This document shows positions 27,797 through 39,341 of a stretch of DNA of 64,000 bases, piece after piece. The notes beneath the pieces were generated by a model that saw only the letters and a list, made by a program, of their open reading frames with translations, was not told the DNA's origin and did no database searches. Origin of the DNA: Zancudomyces culisetae HAW-14-8 (lineage: Eukaryota > Fungi > Kickxellomycota); assembly GCA_052426225.1 (NCBI GenBank), contig JBNJNM010000007.1, forward strand, positions 558,001 through 622,000. Reading direction: 5' to 3'. The translations under genes were made by a program, and so were the position numbers. The first letter of the stretch is position 1. The number at the start of each line of letters is the position of its first letter.

Positions 27797-30700
27797 ATGG
27801 AAGAAAACAATGAAACTAAAGCATTGTCAGTACTAGATGGTAAGTAAGAGGAGTAAAAAGAGAAAAGAAAAAAAGAAAGCAAGATGAAGAGATTAAATCA
27901 AGAGAAAAGAAAAGAAAAGTAATAAAAAGTAATAAAATAAAATGATATAGACAAAAAGTTTGCAGATGCAATTCTGACAGATTTGGGGATAGAGGTGGAA
28001 GAGTTTGGAGTGTTTCACTGGGAGATTGAAAATTGGTCAGAGCTTGAAGAAAAGGTGCGAAGCAAAAAGTATAAAATAGGAGGACACAACTGGTAAGTAA
28101 AGAAAAAAAGATAGAAAGAAAGAAAGAAGGAAAGAGAAATAACAAGAAAGAAATAAAACTGTAAAACTGTGAAAAAAAATAGGAATATATTGTTATATCC
28201 ACAAGGTAATCAGGTGAGGGATAGGGTGTCAATATATTTGGAATATAGTGATGCAGAGACAGCAGGTGAGGGGTGGCATGCGTGTGCACAATTTTTGTTA
28301 GCAATGTCGAATGTAGAGCGGGGAGATGTGTATTTTTCGAACAGTGCACACCACCGGTTTACGGGGGAGGAGTCGGACTGGGGGTTTACGAATTTTACAG
28401 AGAACCGGAGGTTGGTGACGGCGAATGAGGAAGGGGTGAGGATATTGTCGAGAGAGAGGGTGCGGGTGTCAGCGTTTGTACGAGTAGCAAAGGATGAGAC
28501 GGGGGTACTTTGGCATAATTTTGTGAATTGGGATTCGAAGAAGGAGACGGGGTATGTGGGGTTGAAGAACCAAGGGGCGACGTGTTATATGAATTCGTTA
28601 TTGCAGTCATTGTATTTTTTGACAGAGTTTCGAAAGGCGGTGTTTCAGATTCCAACGAAGGATGATGAGCCAAAGAAGTCGGTGGCATTAGCGTTGCAAC
28701 GAGTGTTTTACAATTTGCAGAGTAGCGAGACACCGGTGGGGACGACAGAGTTGACGAGTTCGTTTGGGTGGGACAGTATGCAGTCGTTTATGCAGCATGA
28801 TGTGCAAGAGTTCAACCGGGTATTGCAGGATAATTTGGAAACGAAGATGAAGGGGACACGGGCGGAGGGGGCGTTAGCGCGGTTGTTTGAGGGGAAGATG
28901 AACAGTTATATTCAGTGTATAGACGTGGATTACCAGTCGTCAAGAATAGAAAAGTACTATGACATATCGCTGAATGTGAAGGGGTGCAAGACGTTGCATG
29001 ATTCGTTTGTGGATTATTGCCAGGTGGAGGTGATGGATGGAGACAACAAGTATATGGCGGAGGGACACGGGTTGCAGGCGGCACGGAAGGGAGTGGTGTT
29101 TGAGACGTTTCCACCGGTGTTGCAGTTGCAGCTGAAGCGGTTTGAGTATGATTTTATGATGGACATAATGGTGAAGATTAACGACCGACACGAGTTTCCG
29201 ATGGAGATCGATTTGGCAGAGTTTCTGAGCAAGGATGCAGACCGAAGCGAGCCGTGGGTGTACCAGTTGCATGGAGTGTTGGTGCATAGCGGCGACCTCA
29301 ACAGCGGACATTACTTTGCGTTATTGCGACCAACGACGGAGAATCGGTGGTACAAGTTTGATGACGACCACGTGATTCCAGCATCAGAAAAAGAAGTATT
29401 GGAAGACAACTATGGCGGCGAGTATCCACGAACACGCAGGTCACAAGGACATGGACAAGGGCATGGACAAGGTCAGGGGCAAGGGCAAGGGCAGGGACAA
29501 GGACGAGGGCGAGTGCGGTTTACCAATGCGTACATGTTGGTATATCTGCGCAAGTCACGGGTGGAGGAGTTGCAAGCACCATTGCCGGCCGACACGATTC
29601 CAGAGCATTTGGTGCGGCTGGATGAGTTGGCGCGGGAGGCAGAGGAGCGACGACGTCGGGAGCGTAACGAGAGTCATTTGTATACGAATGTGATGGTGGT
29701 GACGGAGCAGCAGTTTAAGCAGAACGAAGGGTTTGATTTGGTGCGGTTCGAGGGGCCGACAGACAACCCGCCACTGACACTGACCAAGATGCGCAAGGAT
29801 ATGAAGCTGACAGATCTCAAACAACATATAGCTGATGCGATCCAGTCCAACGTTAAGGATTTGAGGTTCTGGACGTTTATGCGGCGCCACAATGGAACCA
29901 TTCGGATTGATTCGCCTCTAGTCGATACGCCAGCAGATTTCCAGCTCCGACAAATCCAATTGACTCGAGTATTGTCTTATCAACTTCCAGTTTTATATGT
30001 AGAAAATCTATCCAACTACGACACTACCACAACAGATCTGGATTATACTCGTCTAACTTGTACAAATAACATTATAATTCACATCAAATACTATGATCCT
30101 TTCCTTAAAAAACTCTCTGGCGTTGGAAACCTTTTCCTCAACGAATCCACCTGTTTCCGCCAAATCCTTCCCAACCTCTGCCACTTCCGCAACCTTCCCT
30201 TCCCCCAAGACTTTCTCCTTTACGAAGAAGTCTATCCTGGTTCCATTTCTCGTCTCTCTCTTGACTCTTCTTTAAAAGAAGCCCAGTTCCAATCTGGTGA
30301 TATTCTTACTTTCCAACTTCCTATTCCCAACAACGGCCCCAATAATCTCGATTTACCTACCATCCCCGACTACTATGATTATCTTTTCCATTGTGTCTCT
30401 GTCACCTTTTCTCCAATTCCTTCTTCCTCATCCTTATCCTCTCCTCCCTCTCCTCCTCCTCCTCATCCTTCTTCTTCTCTTGCTTCTAAATCTGTTACTC
30501 TCAATCTAAACTTAAACCTTCCTTACTCTTCCGTTGCTTCCCAGTTGGCCACTGCTCTCAACATTTCTGATCCTTCCAAACTTCGTATTTCTTCATCTCC
30601 TTCTTCTTCGCCTCCTCTCCGTATTCTTCCCTCAACTTCTCTTGCAGACCTGCTTCCTTATATCAACAAACAATCCCTTCCTTCCATTGCCGAACATTCT

Positions 30701-31594
30701 CTCTACTACGAACTTCTTGATCTCTCTCTCGATCAACTCGACAAGCTTCGTTCCTTCTCCATTACCTTTACTGCTTCTTCTCTTCGTTCCTCTCATTCCT
30801 TTGACATTCTTGTCGACAAATCTGCTTCATGCCAACTCTTGTTTGCTCTCTGTTATCCCAAAATCTCTGCTTTCCTCACCGACTCTTCTTCTTCTCTACC
30901 TAATCCTCTACCAATACGTTTCTATCTTGTTTCCAACTGTCAAATCTCTACTGTTCTCTCTGCATCTGACCTCATTTCCTCTATCCCCGAATTCCCTACT
31001 CCTTCCATCATTGCTGAACTTTTACCTTCTGTAACTGACTTGCCTCTCTCTTCCTCTCCCTCTCTTACTTCCTCTCTTTCTCCTCCTCCTTCTTCTCTTC
31101 CTACTATCTCTATCAACGTCTTTCATTTCCACAAAATTCTTTCTCATACTCACTCCATTCCTTTCCTACTTACTCTATTCCCAAATGAACCTTTCTTCCC
31201 TGATACTGCTCTACGTATCAAATCAAAACTTGGAATTACCTCTGACAAGGAATTCTCTAAAATCCTATTCTACTTTGTTCCTCACTCTGCTACCACAAAG
31301 GCTGAATCTCGTCCTTTACTTCCTCCTCCTACCTCCTCTTCTCCCCCTCCCCCTCCCCCTCCCCCCCCACTTCCTGCTCCTGCTCCTGCTCTCCCTTCTG
31401 ATAACCTTAATGATCTTCAAAAATGCCAAGGTAAAGATCCCGATCTAGATCTTTCCTCTGATCTTTCTCTTCCAAACCCCTTTTATCTCTACCATCTAAT
31501 TACTAATCAAAATGATTCTCTTGCTATTGAACACCCTGATCGTAAGGCTAACAAGTATATGACTGATTCTTCTGCCATCAAAATTTTGAATTAA
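27797..31594 (+). CDS. UBP15: Ubiquitin-specific protease Ubp15/USP7 (MATH + USP + UBL region; 3 exons)
   Basis: ATG at 27797 and two purine-rich GT-AG introns. MATH domain, Cys box GLKNQGATCYMNS, QHDVQEF and His box VLVHSG...GHY...WYKFDD. Confidence 0.93.
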
Positions 31595-31611
31595 TAACTC
31601 TATCTACCTCT

Positions 31612-31733
31612 TTTTCTCTTTCTCTCTTTCTCTCTTTCTCTCTTTCTCTCTTTCTCTCTTTCTCTCTTTCTCTCTTTCTCTCTTTCTCTCTTTCTCTCTT
31701 TCTCTCTTTCTCTCTCTTTCTCTCTCTTTCTCT
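31612..31733 (+). repeat. (TTTCTCTC)n pyrimidine microsatellite in the UBP15 3' flank
   Basis: Pure C/T octamer tandem array directly after the stop codon. Confidence 0.9.
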
Positions 31734-32462
31734 TTTTATTTTTATATTTTTGTAAAAGTCTTGCTATTTCATTTGAATATCATTATTATTTTATTACTAT
31801 TATTACTATTATTATTATTATTATACCCTACTCTTTATTTTTTTAAAGGAAAAAGAAAAAGAATAAAAAAATTTAACCTTCAAACCAATAACAATTAATC
31901 TATCTTTGAATAGATTAAATCAAATCAATATACTATTTTTATATTTACATTTTTTCTTTCAGATTCATTATATTGTTAGAATCCCCTCTTACCCTCTCGC
32001 CCTCTCGCCCTCTCGCCTTCTCCCTTCATATTGTTTATAAAATTATTAATACATAAATAAATGTTATAAATTGATTTGAAATGTTGGCAAATAAAATGAT
32101 CTTTTGCATTTATAATTTAAAACTAAGATTTTACATTTCAATCTCTCTTTTTTATTTTACTTTATTTTATTGTAGTATATTATAAAATATTATATATATA
32201 TTTTTTAAAAAAGTAAATAAATGAATATATATTAGTGTTGAATAATAAACCCTATTATACCCAAATTTGAAACGAAAAGTAAATATATTCATTTCTTTAT
32301 TAAAAGTAAATGTCAAAAAAAAAAATAGAGAAACTTTTAACGAGAAAAAGAAAAACAATTACCCTCTCCCCTCTCCCCTCTCCCCCCCTTATTGAAAATT
32401 AATCAACAACTAAAATTACAACTACGACTAAAACTACAACTACAACTAAAACTAAAAGAACG

Positions 32463-35400
32463 ATGGAGACGATGGAAACTACGACTAGTCATACAAATGC
32501 TTTATTCAACAGACTACCATATACAATCATATCAGAAATCTTTGTACTATCAAAAACCGCCCAATCAGCCACACTCAACAAGTCGATGTACCAAGCATCA
32601 CAGGATCCCTATACGATAGCAAAGTTTCTAGTCCACAGTGCTGGCGATATTTCCAAGCACAACTTTTGCAAGAACCTGTGCGACCTGTTTGCCAAGTACC
32701 CACAGACTTGCTACAATGAAAAAATCTGTGCTTATATCTTGATTATTGCTAACCGTGGCTACTTGTGGAGCTTGGAATTGGCTATTCGATGGGGTTGGAA
32801 ATCCCTCGTTAAAAACCTCTTGGAAATGTATATTATCCTCAACCGGAAATCTAACCAAATCTTGTATATTCATACCCCTATTCTCACCCTTAACAACAAT
32901 CTCAATAACAACAACAACAATAACAATCACAATAACGATGATAGTAAAAATAATGATTCTCGACTTTTTCTTTCCCTCGATTTAAATATTGCTTCCGAAA
33001 AAATCCTTGATCATCGTGGTCTCCAGGACAATTTTAAATTTCTTATTGATATCCCTCTTGGCAATGACATCTATGTTCGTCCCTTTATCTCCACTTATAT
33101 TATCCTATGCCTCTTGGATACGGGTATCTGTTGTTACCATGATAGTACTATTAGTAAAGGATTGGTACATCTTTGTAAAACCCCAGTTTATTTACCAAAA
33201 CAATTCACTCATAACTATCCCAATCCCAACCTCAATCCCAACCTCAATCCCAACCTCAATCCCAACCTCAATCCCAACCTCAATCCCAATCCCAATTCTA
33301 ATTCTAATTCTAATTTCAACAAAATCAACAAAACCAACAATAATAATGACGGTAATGATAATCCTAATAATGGTAGTAGTAGTAGTGGAAATAATGGGGT
33401 ATTATTGGCAAAAAGCAAATACTTGTCAGCCTTTTTAATTTCGATAATTGTAAATTTGTTTGATAACAACGAGTTTGATCGGCTTTTGCAGCTTTTTGAT
33501 ACAAATCTAGACATTCAACTATCCCTCCAACAAGCATCTAAACTTGGCTGTCACTTGTCTACTGAATTTTATGATTTTTCTGAATTTATCTCCAACTTTA
33601 ATTACAATTCCACTATTGATAATGAAGACGGTAAAGATAACGATAACGATAACGATAACAACAATGATAATAATAATGAAAATGATAAAGATGATAACAG
33701 AGATGTTGCTCAACCGAATTTCAGTTACAAATGTAAATGCAAATCAAAAAATAAAAAAACTACCAATAATACTGGTAATGATGAGACAGGGAAAAATTGT
33801 CTACAAACAATCAGAGTTGTAATCATCTACTTTGCCATCTACCACAAGAAAAACTATCTACTTAAATACCTCACCAGCCACAGGACCCAAGTTTTGGATT
33901 TCCAACTAATCTTTGAAATGGCAATGTCGCTGGATAATCCTTGGTGTGCAAAACATGTTGTTAAATATATCAAACCTACCAGAGCTAACATTTACCTAGT
34001 ACTTGAATTGGTTGGTCGTGAATATAGCCCACATCTCGTCAGTTTTATCATTAACCATTCTCAATCTCAATCTCAATCTCATTCTAATTCTAATTCTAAT
34101 TCTAATTCTCATACCCATTGTCATTCTCATTCCAAATCGCTGGATTACAATCTTGCCACCACCTTATTAAAAACCGCTTGTAACGCGAACGATTCCAAAT
34201 CCATCCAACTTATCCTTTCCAAATCCACAATTCAGAACCTAGATCCCTTTTTACAAATTGCCATTGCATCTAAAAGCTCAAACATTATTCGGTTATTTGC
34301 CAGTTTGGGTTGTAATATCTCTTGTTTCCGTTCCTCTATCTTTGATGTTGCTGTCTCTACAAAGGATATAAATCTTTTAAAACTTTTACTACTACCTGGT
34401 AACACTTTCTCGACCAATAGTAATAATATCAATAACAACAACAACAACAACAACAACAGTAATAATAACAACAATATTAATCAGCAATTATCTTGTCAAC
34501 TTGTCTTGGAAAATGCTATTCCTCAAATTTGTAAAAACAATACTGAACAAGTATTGAATACAATATTAGATACCTTTGTTAAAACCCAATCGACAACTTT
34601 TACCCTTGGCTCAGATGCAATTACAAATGAAAACGACTATTTACCTGTTATTGGCAACAACAACAACAACAACAACAACAATAATAATGATACAATTATT
34701 AATGATAGGTGTATTACAGATGTGAATTCAAGAAAAATTCTTATATTCATAATGAAATATGGATTGGAACTAAGTTTTAATTTCTACATGCTAATAAAAA
34801 AACAATTTGATGCAAATAATTATGATGAGATCAAAGAATTGCTAAGAAAAGATGTTCTCTTTTTATACTTTACCTCAAGGGATACAAAAGTAAGATGTAT
34901 AAAACTGATTTTGCAAATTACCCGAAGTATGATTAATGCCAGAATCAAATCAATGCCGTCACCCAGTACCGAGTTCATAGCTTGTGGTAAAAGGAAACTT
35001 GGTGATAATGAAACTAACATTGGTTACAGTTCCGATAAAAGAGCTAAAACAACAGAATATACCAACAACAACAGTAACAACAACAACAACAGCAGCAGCA
35101 GTTATAAGGGCACAAGAGAGTCTATAATTGAAAATAACTACAAACAAATCCATAATAAACCACGACCGATGCCAACTGATGAATATCTCGAACAGATAAC
35201 TACAAACCTAATAAACAGAGACTTTGGCTTTTTAAAACTACTAATTGAAAACGGTGCTGATATCAATGCACACAACAGCTTGATTCTGCGAACGGCATAC
35301 TTGTCAGGAAATATAGCTTGGATAGATTATTTCATCTCCAAGGGTGCAAAACTGGGAGTGGGCGAGTATAACGGAGTACATGAAGCATGTACATCAGATA

Positions 35401-36491
35401 AACTTGAGGTTCTACAACATTATTTTGCTCATGGCGGAGTGGTTGCTAATGAAGCCATACATAATGGTATTAACGCAGCTTGTAAAATGAATAACTTTGA
35501 GATGATCAAAATGTTGGTGGAGCATGGTGCGGATTTGAGCAATGTTGAAAAAAATGGAATCAAGGAGGCATTTTCCCGTAACAACCATGAGATAATTCGG
35601 CATTTGATACAAAACAATGCAAATTTCGACGGGCTAGAAAATACATTGCTGGAAATTGCCTGTTGGGAAAATGACATTGCATTGGTCAAGCTTGTACTTT
35701 CAAAGATTAAAAATATCAATCGACTCAATTACCTTTGTGTGTTTTGGGTCTGTGTAATCAACAATCCAGAAATATTCGATTTATTGTTATCTAGTGGCTT
35801 AAGGCTGGCTGTACATCCCAAAACCTTTAAAAACAACAAAATACTGTATGATTGTTTATACCAGGCCTGTCTCAATACCAGTCCCAAAATGTTGAAACGG
35901 CTAGTTACCAACATCAAGGGGTTATTCACCTGTGACGAATTTGACAAGACTGAAGAAGCGATTCTTAGAAAGGGAAACCTTGAGTTGGCAAAAGAATTCT
36001 TTGAAAACAGCGGTAATCTCGATATTGACTACAACCGTGGTATGCACATGGCATACAAAAATGGCGATCTAGAAATCATCAGAATGATAATTCTCCGAGA
36101 CTTTGGTGTCTATATCAAGGACCCTGTATTAATCACCGTGATCTGCCACAGTAACAATACCTGCCTACTAAAATATATGTTTAGAAAACATCAGTACATT
36201 GGAGCTAAAAAAAACCATGGAATAATGGAGGCGTACTACAACAAAAACGTAGAAATGATGAAACTGTTGATTTCATCTGGTGTTAATGTCGATATCTATG
36301 ACTGTTTGGCTCTAAAACTTGCTTTCAAACTTAACGATATTGACTTTGCAAAGTTCCTTCTTGCCTTTAACCCAGATTACCCAAATAACTTTCTCCGAAA
36401 ACTCAAAAAAATCGTTATTGGAAATTCTAGAAAAAAACCTGATGTGAATAACAAGCGATACTCCATAGCTAGATGTATCTTGTCCAGCTAA
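32463..36491 (+). CDS. Large intronless protein with an N-terminal F-box-like motif and C-terminal ankyrin repeats
   Basis: LFNRLPYTIISEIFVLS at the N-terminus. Repeated KLLIENGADIN, KMLVEHGADL, HLIQNNAN and KLLISSGVNVD. Poly-N insertions. Confidence 0.75.
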   Translation: METMETTTSHTNALFNRLPYTIISEIFVLSKTAQSATLNKSMYQASQDPYTIAKFLVHSAGDISKHNFCKNLCDLFAKYPQTCYNEKICAYILIIANRGYLWSLELAIRWGWKSLVKNLLEMYIILNRKSNQILYIHTPILTLNNNLNNNNNNNNHNNDDSKNNDSRLFLSLDLNIASEKILDHRGLQDNFKFLIDIPLGNDIYVRPFISTYIILCLLDTGICCYHDSTISKGLVHLCKTPVYLPKQFTHNYPNPNLNPNLNPNLNPNLNPNLNPNPNSNSNSNFNKINKTNNNNDGNDNPNNGSSSSGNNGVLLAKSKYLSAFLISIIVNLFDNNEFDRLLQLFDTNLDIQLSLQQASKLGCHLSTEFYDFSEFISNFNYNSTIDNEDGKDNDNDNDNNNDNNNENDKDDNRDVAQPNFSYKCKCKSKNKKTTNNTGNDETGKNCLQTIRVVIIYFAIYHKKNYLLKYLTSHRTQVLDFQLIFEMAMSLDNPWCAKHVVKYIKPTRANIYLVLELVGREYSPHLVSFIINHSQSQSQSHSNSNSNSNSHTHCHSHSKSLDYNLATTLLKTACNANDSKSIQLILSKSTIQNLDPFLQIAIASKSSNIIRLFASLGCNISCFRSSIFDVAVSTKDINLLKLLLLPGNTFSTNSNNINNNNNNNNNSNNNNNINQQLSCQLVLENAIPQICKNNTEQVLNTILDTFVKTQSTTFTLGSDAITNENDYLPVIGNNNNNNNNNNNDTIINDRCITDVNSRKILIFIMKYGLELSFNFYMLIKKQFDANNYDEIKELLRKDVLFLYFTSRDTKVRCIKLILQITRSMINARIKSMPSPSTEFIACGKRKLGDNETNIGYSSDKRAKTTEYTNNNSNNNNNSSSSYKGTRESIIENNYKQIHNKPRPMPTDEYLEQITTNLINRDFGFLKLLIENGADINAHNSLILRTAYLSGNIAWIDYFISKGAKLGVGEYNGVHEACTSDKLEVLQHYFAHGGVVANEAIHNGINAACKMNNFEMIKMLVEHGADLSNVEKNGIKEAFSRNNHEIIRHLIQNNANFDGLENTLLEIACWENDIALVKLVLSKIKNINRLNYLCVFWVCVINNPEIFDLLLSSGLRLAVHPKTFKNNKILYDCLYQACLNTSPKMLKRLVTNIKGLFTCDEFDKTEEAILRKGNLELAKEFFENSGNLDIDYNRGMHMAYKNGDLEIIRMIILRDFGVYIKDPVLITVICHSNNTCLLKYMFRKHQYIGAKKNHGIMEAYYNKNVEMMKLLISSGVNVDIYDCLALKLAFKLNDIDFAKFLLAFNPDYPNNFLRKLKKIVIGNSRKKPDVNNKRYSIARCILSS
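33225..33284 (+). repeat. (CCCAACCTCAAT)x5 encoding (PNLN)n
   Basis: Exact 12-mer tandem repeat. Confidence 0.9.
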
Positions 36492-36732
36492 ACTATCTCT
36501 ATCTGTTTATACATTTATTTTCTATTATTATTATCTTTTTGTTATAGAGTTGCATCTATCAAATAATTAGACAAATAAACATGTACAATAACAATCTACT
36601 TTTATCTCCCTAATCACATTTATATGTGTAACCTTGTTGGCTCTTTTTATAACTTCATTGCATTTATTGATCATCACCAACCCAAACCCCCCCCCCCCCA
36701 AAAAGAAAATAAGAAAAGAAAAAAAAACTACT

Positions 36733-37959
36733 TTATAAATCATCGTCATCCAGGCATAAATCAGTGCTCCCATTAGCTGTACACTGAGTATCTGTCTCTT
36801 CCTCATCATTTCTATTTTCATCCTCCTCAGCATCTTCATTATAATTGTCTCCAGGTTGATTCATATACCGTGCTGTACCAAACCTACAATGTTTGTGAAT
36901 TTTCCAGTTTTTCAAACTTTCACCAACATTCATCCTAGTGTTATCATTAGCAATAGACTCTAATGCTGAACCTGCTTTTTTTATATTTTCAAAATTACCG
37001 GTATTGCTCATATTCTCATTATCGGTAATACCGCTAGTATTCCTGAGTGTAGTTGTGACCTTTGAACTTGTGATACGAGTCGGTATTAGTCGGATAGCTG
37101 TTTTGCATTCTGTGTGTGTAGTATTATTTATTGAGGTTACACCAAGTGTCGATGTTTTACAGGGTTCTGTGATTGTCTCTGTCAATGTTTCTACCTCCTT
37201 TATCGTTTCAGTCTCAGTCTCAGTCTCAGTCTCAGTCTCAGTCTCAGTCTCAGTCTCAGTCTCAGTCTCAGTCTCAGTCTCAGTCTCAGTCTCAGTCTCA
37301 GTCTCTCGTATAGTTTCTGTCACTGTTTTGATGGTTTCATACTTGCTTGTTTCGAATTGTTGTTGGACAATTTCGTGATTTTCATCATTATTCACATCTA
37401 TACTGCCTGATGATGGTATAATCACCAGTGTTTTATCTACGACTCCTTCCAATACTGTTAACTTTTTTGAATCTTCTGGTATTACTTGAGTTTGTTTTTC
37501 TCTCTCATCTATAGGAAATATTCTGTCCAGAATCATTTTGTTTACGTCTTCAATTGGCATCGAAGCACCTCCATTGTTGTTATTGTTATTGGGCGGGTAA
37601 TAGTTGTTTATTATTATTACCATTCTATCATTACGTCCCGTGCTGCTGTTTGAATTTTCCGCTCTTTTTTTTCTCAGCACACTCTTATCAATATACTGGT
37701 TGTTAGTATATTCATCGTATGGGATGCCTTTGCATACATGTTGGCAGTAACATATGGAACCATGCCCACATTCAAGGTATAGTGATAGCGAAGATGGGTT
37801 TAAACTATCGATACGTTGGTTGTCTATATTATTACCTGCCTGTGTTATCGCAAGCACAGTGCTGGGTAGTATTGCCGCTGAAACCAGTAGAATCAACGCT
37901 ATTACCTGTTTCTTATTTGCTCGAGTTGTTATTTTTGGTTGTATCATAGCTTGCTGCAT
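36733..37959 (-). CDS. Putative secreted low-complexity protein with a Cys cluster and a (TE)n tract
   Basis: 408-aa ORF with signal-like VIALILLVSAAILPSTVLA, CGHGSICYCQHVC, a dibasic RKKR site and an acidic tail. Confidence 0.6.
   Translation of the reverse strand: MQQAMIQPKITTRANKKQVIALILLVSAAILPSTVLAITQAGNNIDNQRIDSLNPSSLSLYLECGHGSICYCQHVCKGIPYDEYTNNQYIDKSVLRKKRAENSNSSTGRNDRMVIIINNYYPPNNNNNNGGASMPIEDVNKMILDRIFPIDEREKQTQVIPEDSKKLTVLEGVVDKTLVIIPSSGSIDVNNDENHEIVQQQFETSKYETIKTVTETIRETETETETETETETETETETETETETETETETETIKEVETLTETITEPCKTSTLGVTSINNTTHTECKTAIRLIPTRITSSKVTTTLRNTSGITDNENMSNTGNFENIKKAGSALESIANDNTRMNVGESLKNWKIHKHCRFGTARYMNQPGDNYNEDAEEDENRNDEEETDTQCTANGSTDLCLDDDDL
37210..37305 (-). repeat. 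(GAGACT)x16 encoding (ET)n
   Basis: Perfect hexamer array. Confidence 0.95.
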
Positions 37960-38887
37960 ATGAATATGTTTATATACAAAGTACTGTGTTTTGTGGACCT
38001 ACAAATTAAACTATGTTACAGTTGTAGTATATACAACAACAGAGAATGATTCTTTGCTTTTAGTTTTTGTTTTTCTTTGCAAATATCATTTAATGTCATA
38101 GCATTTTTTTTAGCTGTATTGAAAAATACTGTTGTAAAGAAAAAAAATACAAGTTTATTTTAATATAATATATATAGAGGAAAAGGTTAGAATCACAGTA
38201 TTAGCAACGATTACAGGTTGAAATGGGATTTGAACTGGTTCTGGTTTCTTAAAGTAGACCAAATAAGCAACAAACCTGGTTTTTTTTTCTTACTAGAAGT
38301 TTATAAGGAGCTGAATACAGACTTTCGCAAAAAAAAAAGTATTGAAAAGTAAAAAAGAACACAGGCATAAGCATAAGCATAAGCATAATCATGAGCATGT
38401 GCAGTAATAGCTTATAGATGGAAATCCGCAATGTTTATGATTTTGTTTTTTGTTTTGTTAGAGTTTTTAACCCATACTTTCCTGGAAATAGATGCAGATA
38501 TAGTATTAAGAATAGTAGGATAATGGCTTTTAGCAAATGCGATATTTTTGTCAATTCTCACAATACACACTTTATATACCATCTCATTGTCGGGTAACTC
38601 GACAAAAAAAAAGAAAAGATAGCTAGAAGCGTGCATTGATAGATTGACAGTACAAGGTTTGCTCTACCATAATTGCTCATGACATCAAGTGCATTTACCT
38701 TATGCCCTTTAATGATTATTTCGAATAACATGGCATTTAGCAACTTTTATTTTTTCTTTCTTTAATGACTATGAAGAGGAAAGAGGAAGAGGAGAACATG
38801 GATATGTAGTCAAACACCAATTTCTTCACAAAATATTTATAGTGTGTTATTTACATAAACAAAGGTTTAGGCTAAAAGTAGTTCAAG

Positions 38888-39341
38888 ATGCCAGTACGTA
38901 AGCAAGATAAGAAAAAGGTTCGACAGATACCACCGCCACCGCCACCACCACCAAAACAGAAAAAAACAACAAAAACAACAGGTAGTAGTACAAATACAGC
39001 CATCGAAAAAGAAATGCTATCGACACGCTTGCCTAACATTCCCCATCGCACGAGTTAAAGATTATCTTCATACCAAAACTAAACAAAAATTTAGCATCCA
39101 AAGGACTACTGCAGTCTACCTATGTGCAGTCCTTGAATACTTAACCGCAGAACTTCTGGAAATTGCTGGACACTCAGCGCAGCAAAACAAGCTGAAGCGT
39201 ATCCGTCCCCGAGACATCCAAATAGCAGTTAAAAACGACGAAGAGTTTTCAAAACTACTGAATAATACAATTGTACCAGATGGCGGAGTGCTGCCGTGGA
39301 TACACGATTCTTTGTTGCCCGAAAACTCAAAACAGTGCTAG
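38888..39341 (+). CDS. Divergent histone H2A variant (start out of frame: frameshift or hidden intron)
   Basis: 39027-39341 reads ACLTFPIARVKDYL...AVYLCAVLEYLTAELLEIAG...KRIRPRDIQIAVKNDEEFSKLL...GGVLPWIH*. That frame has no ATG; the ATG at 38888 is in another frame. Confidence 0.8.

Noticed and set aside
31612-37305. Repeat arrays as CRISPR or telomere
   Set aside because: They are simple tandem microsatellites without spacers, in a eukaryotic context. The isolated TTAGGG/CCCTAA words elsewhere are single copies.
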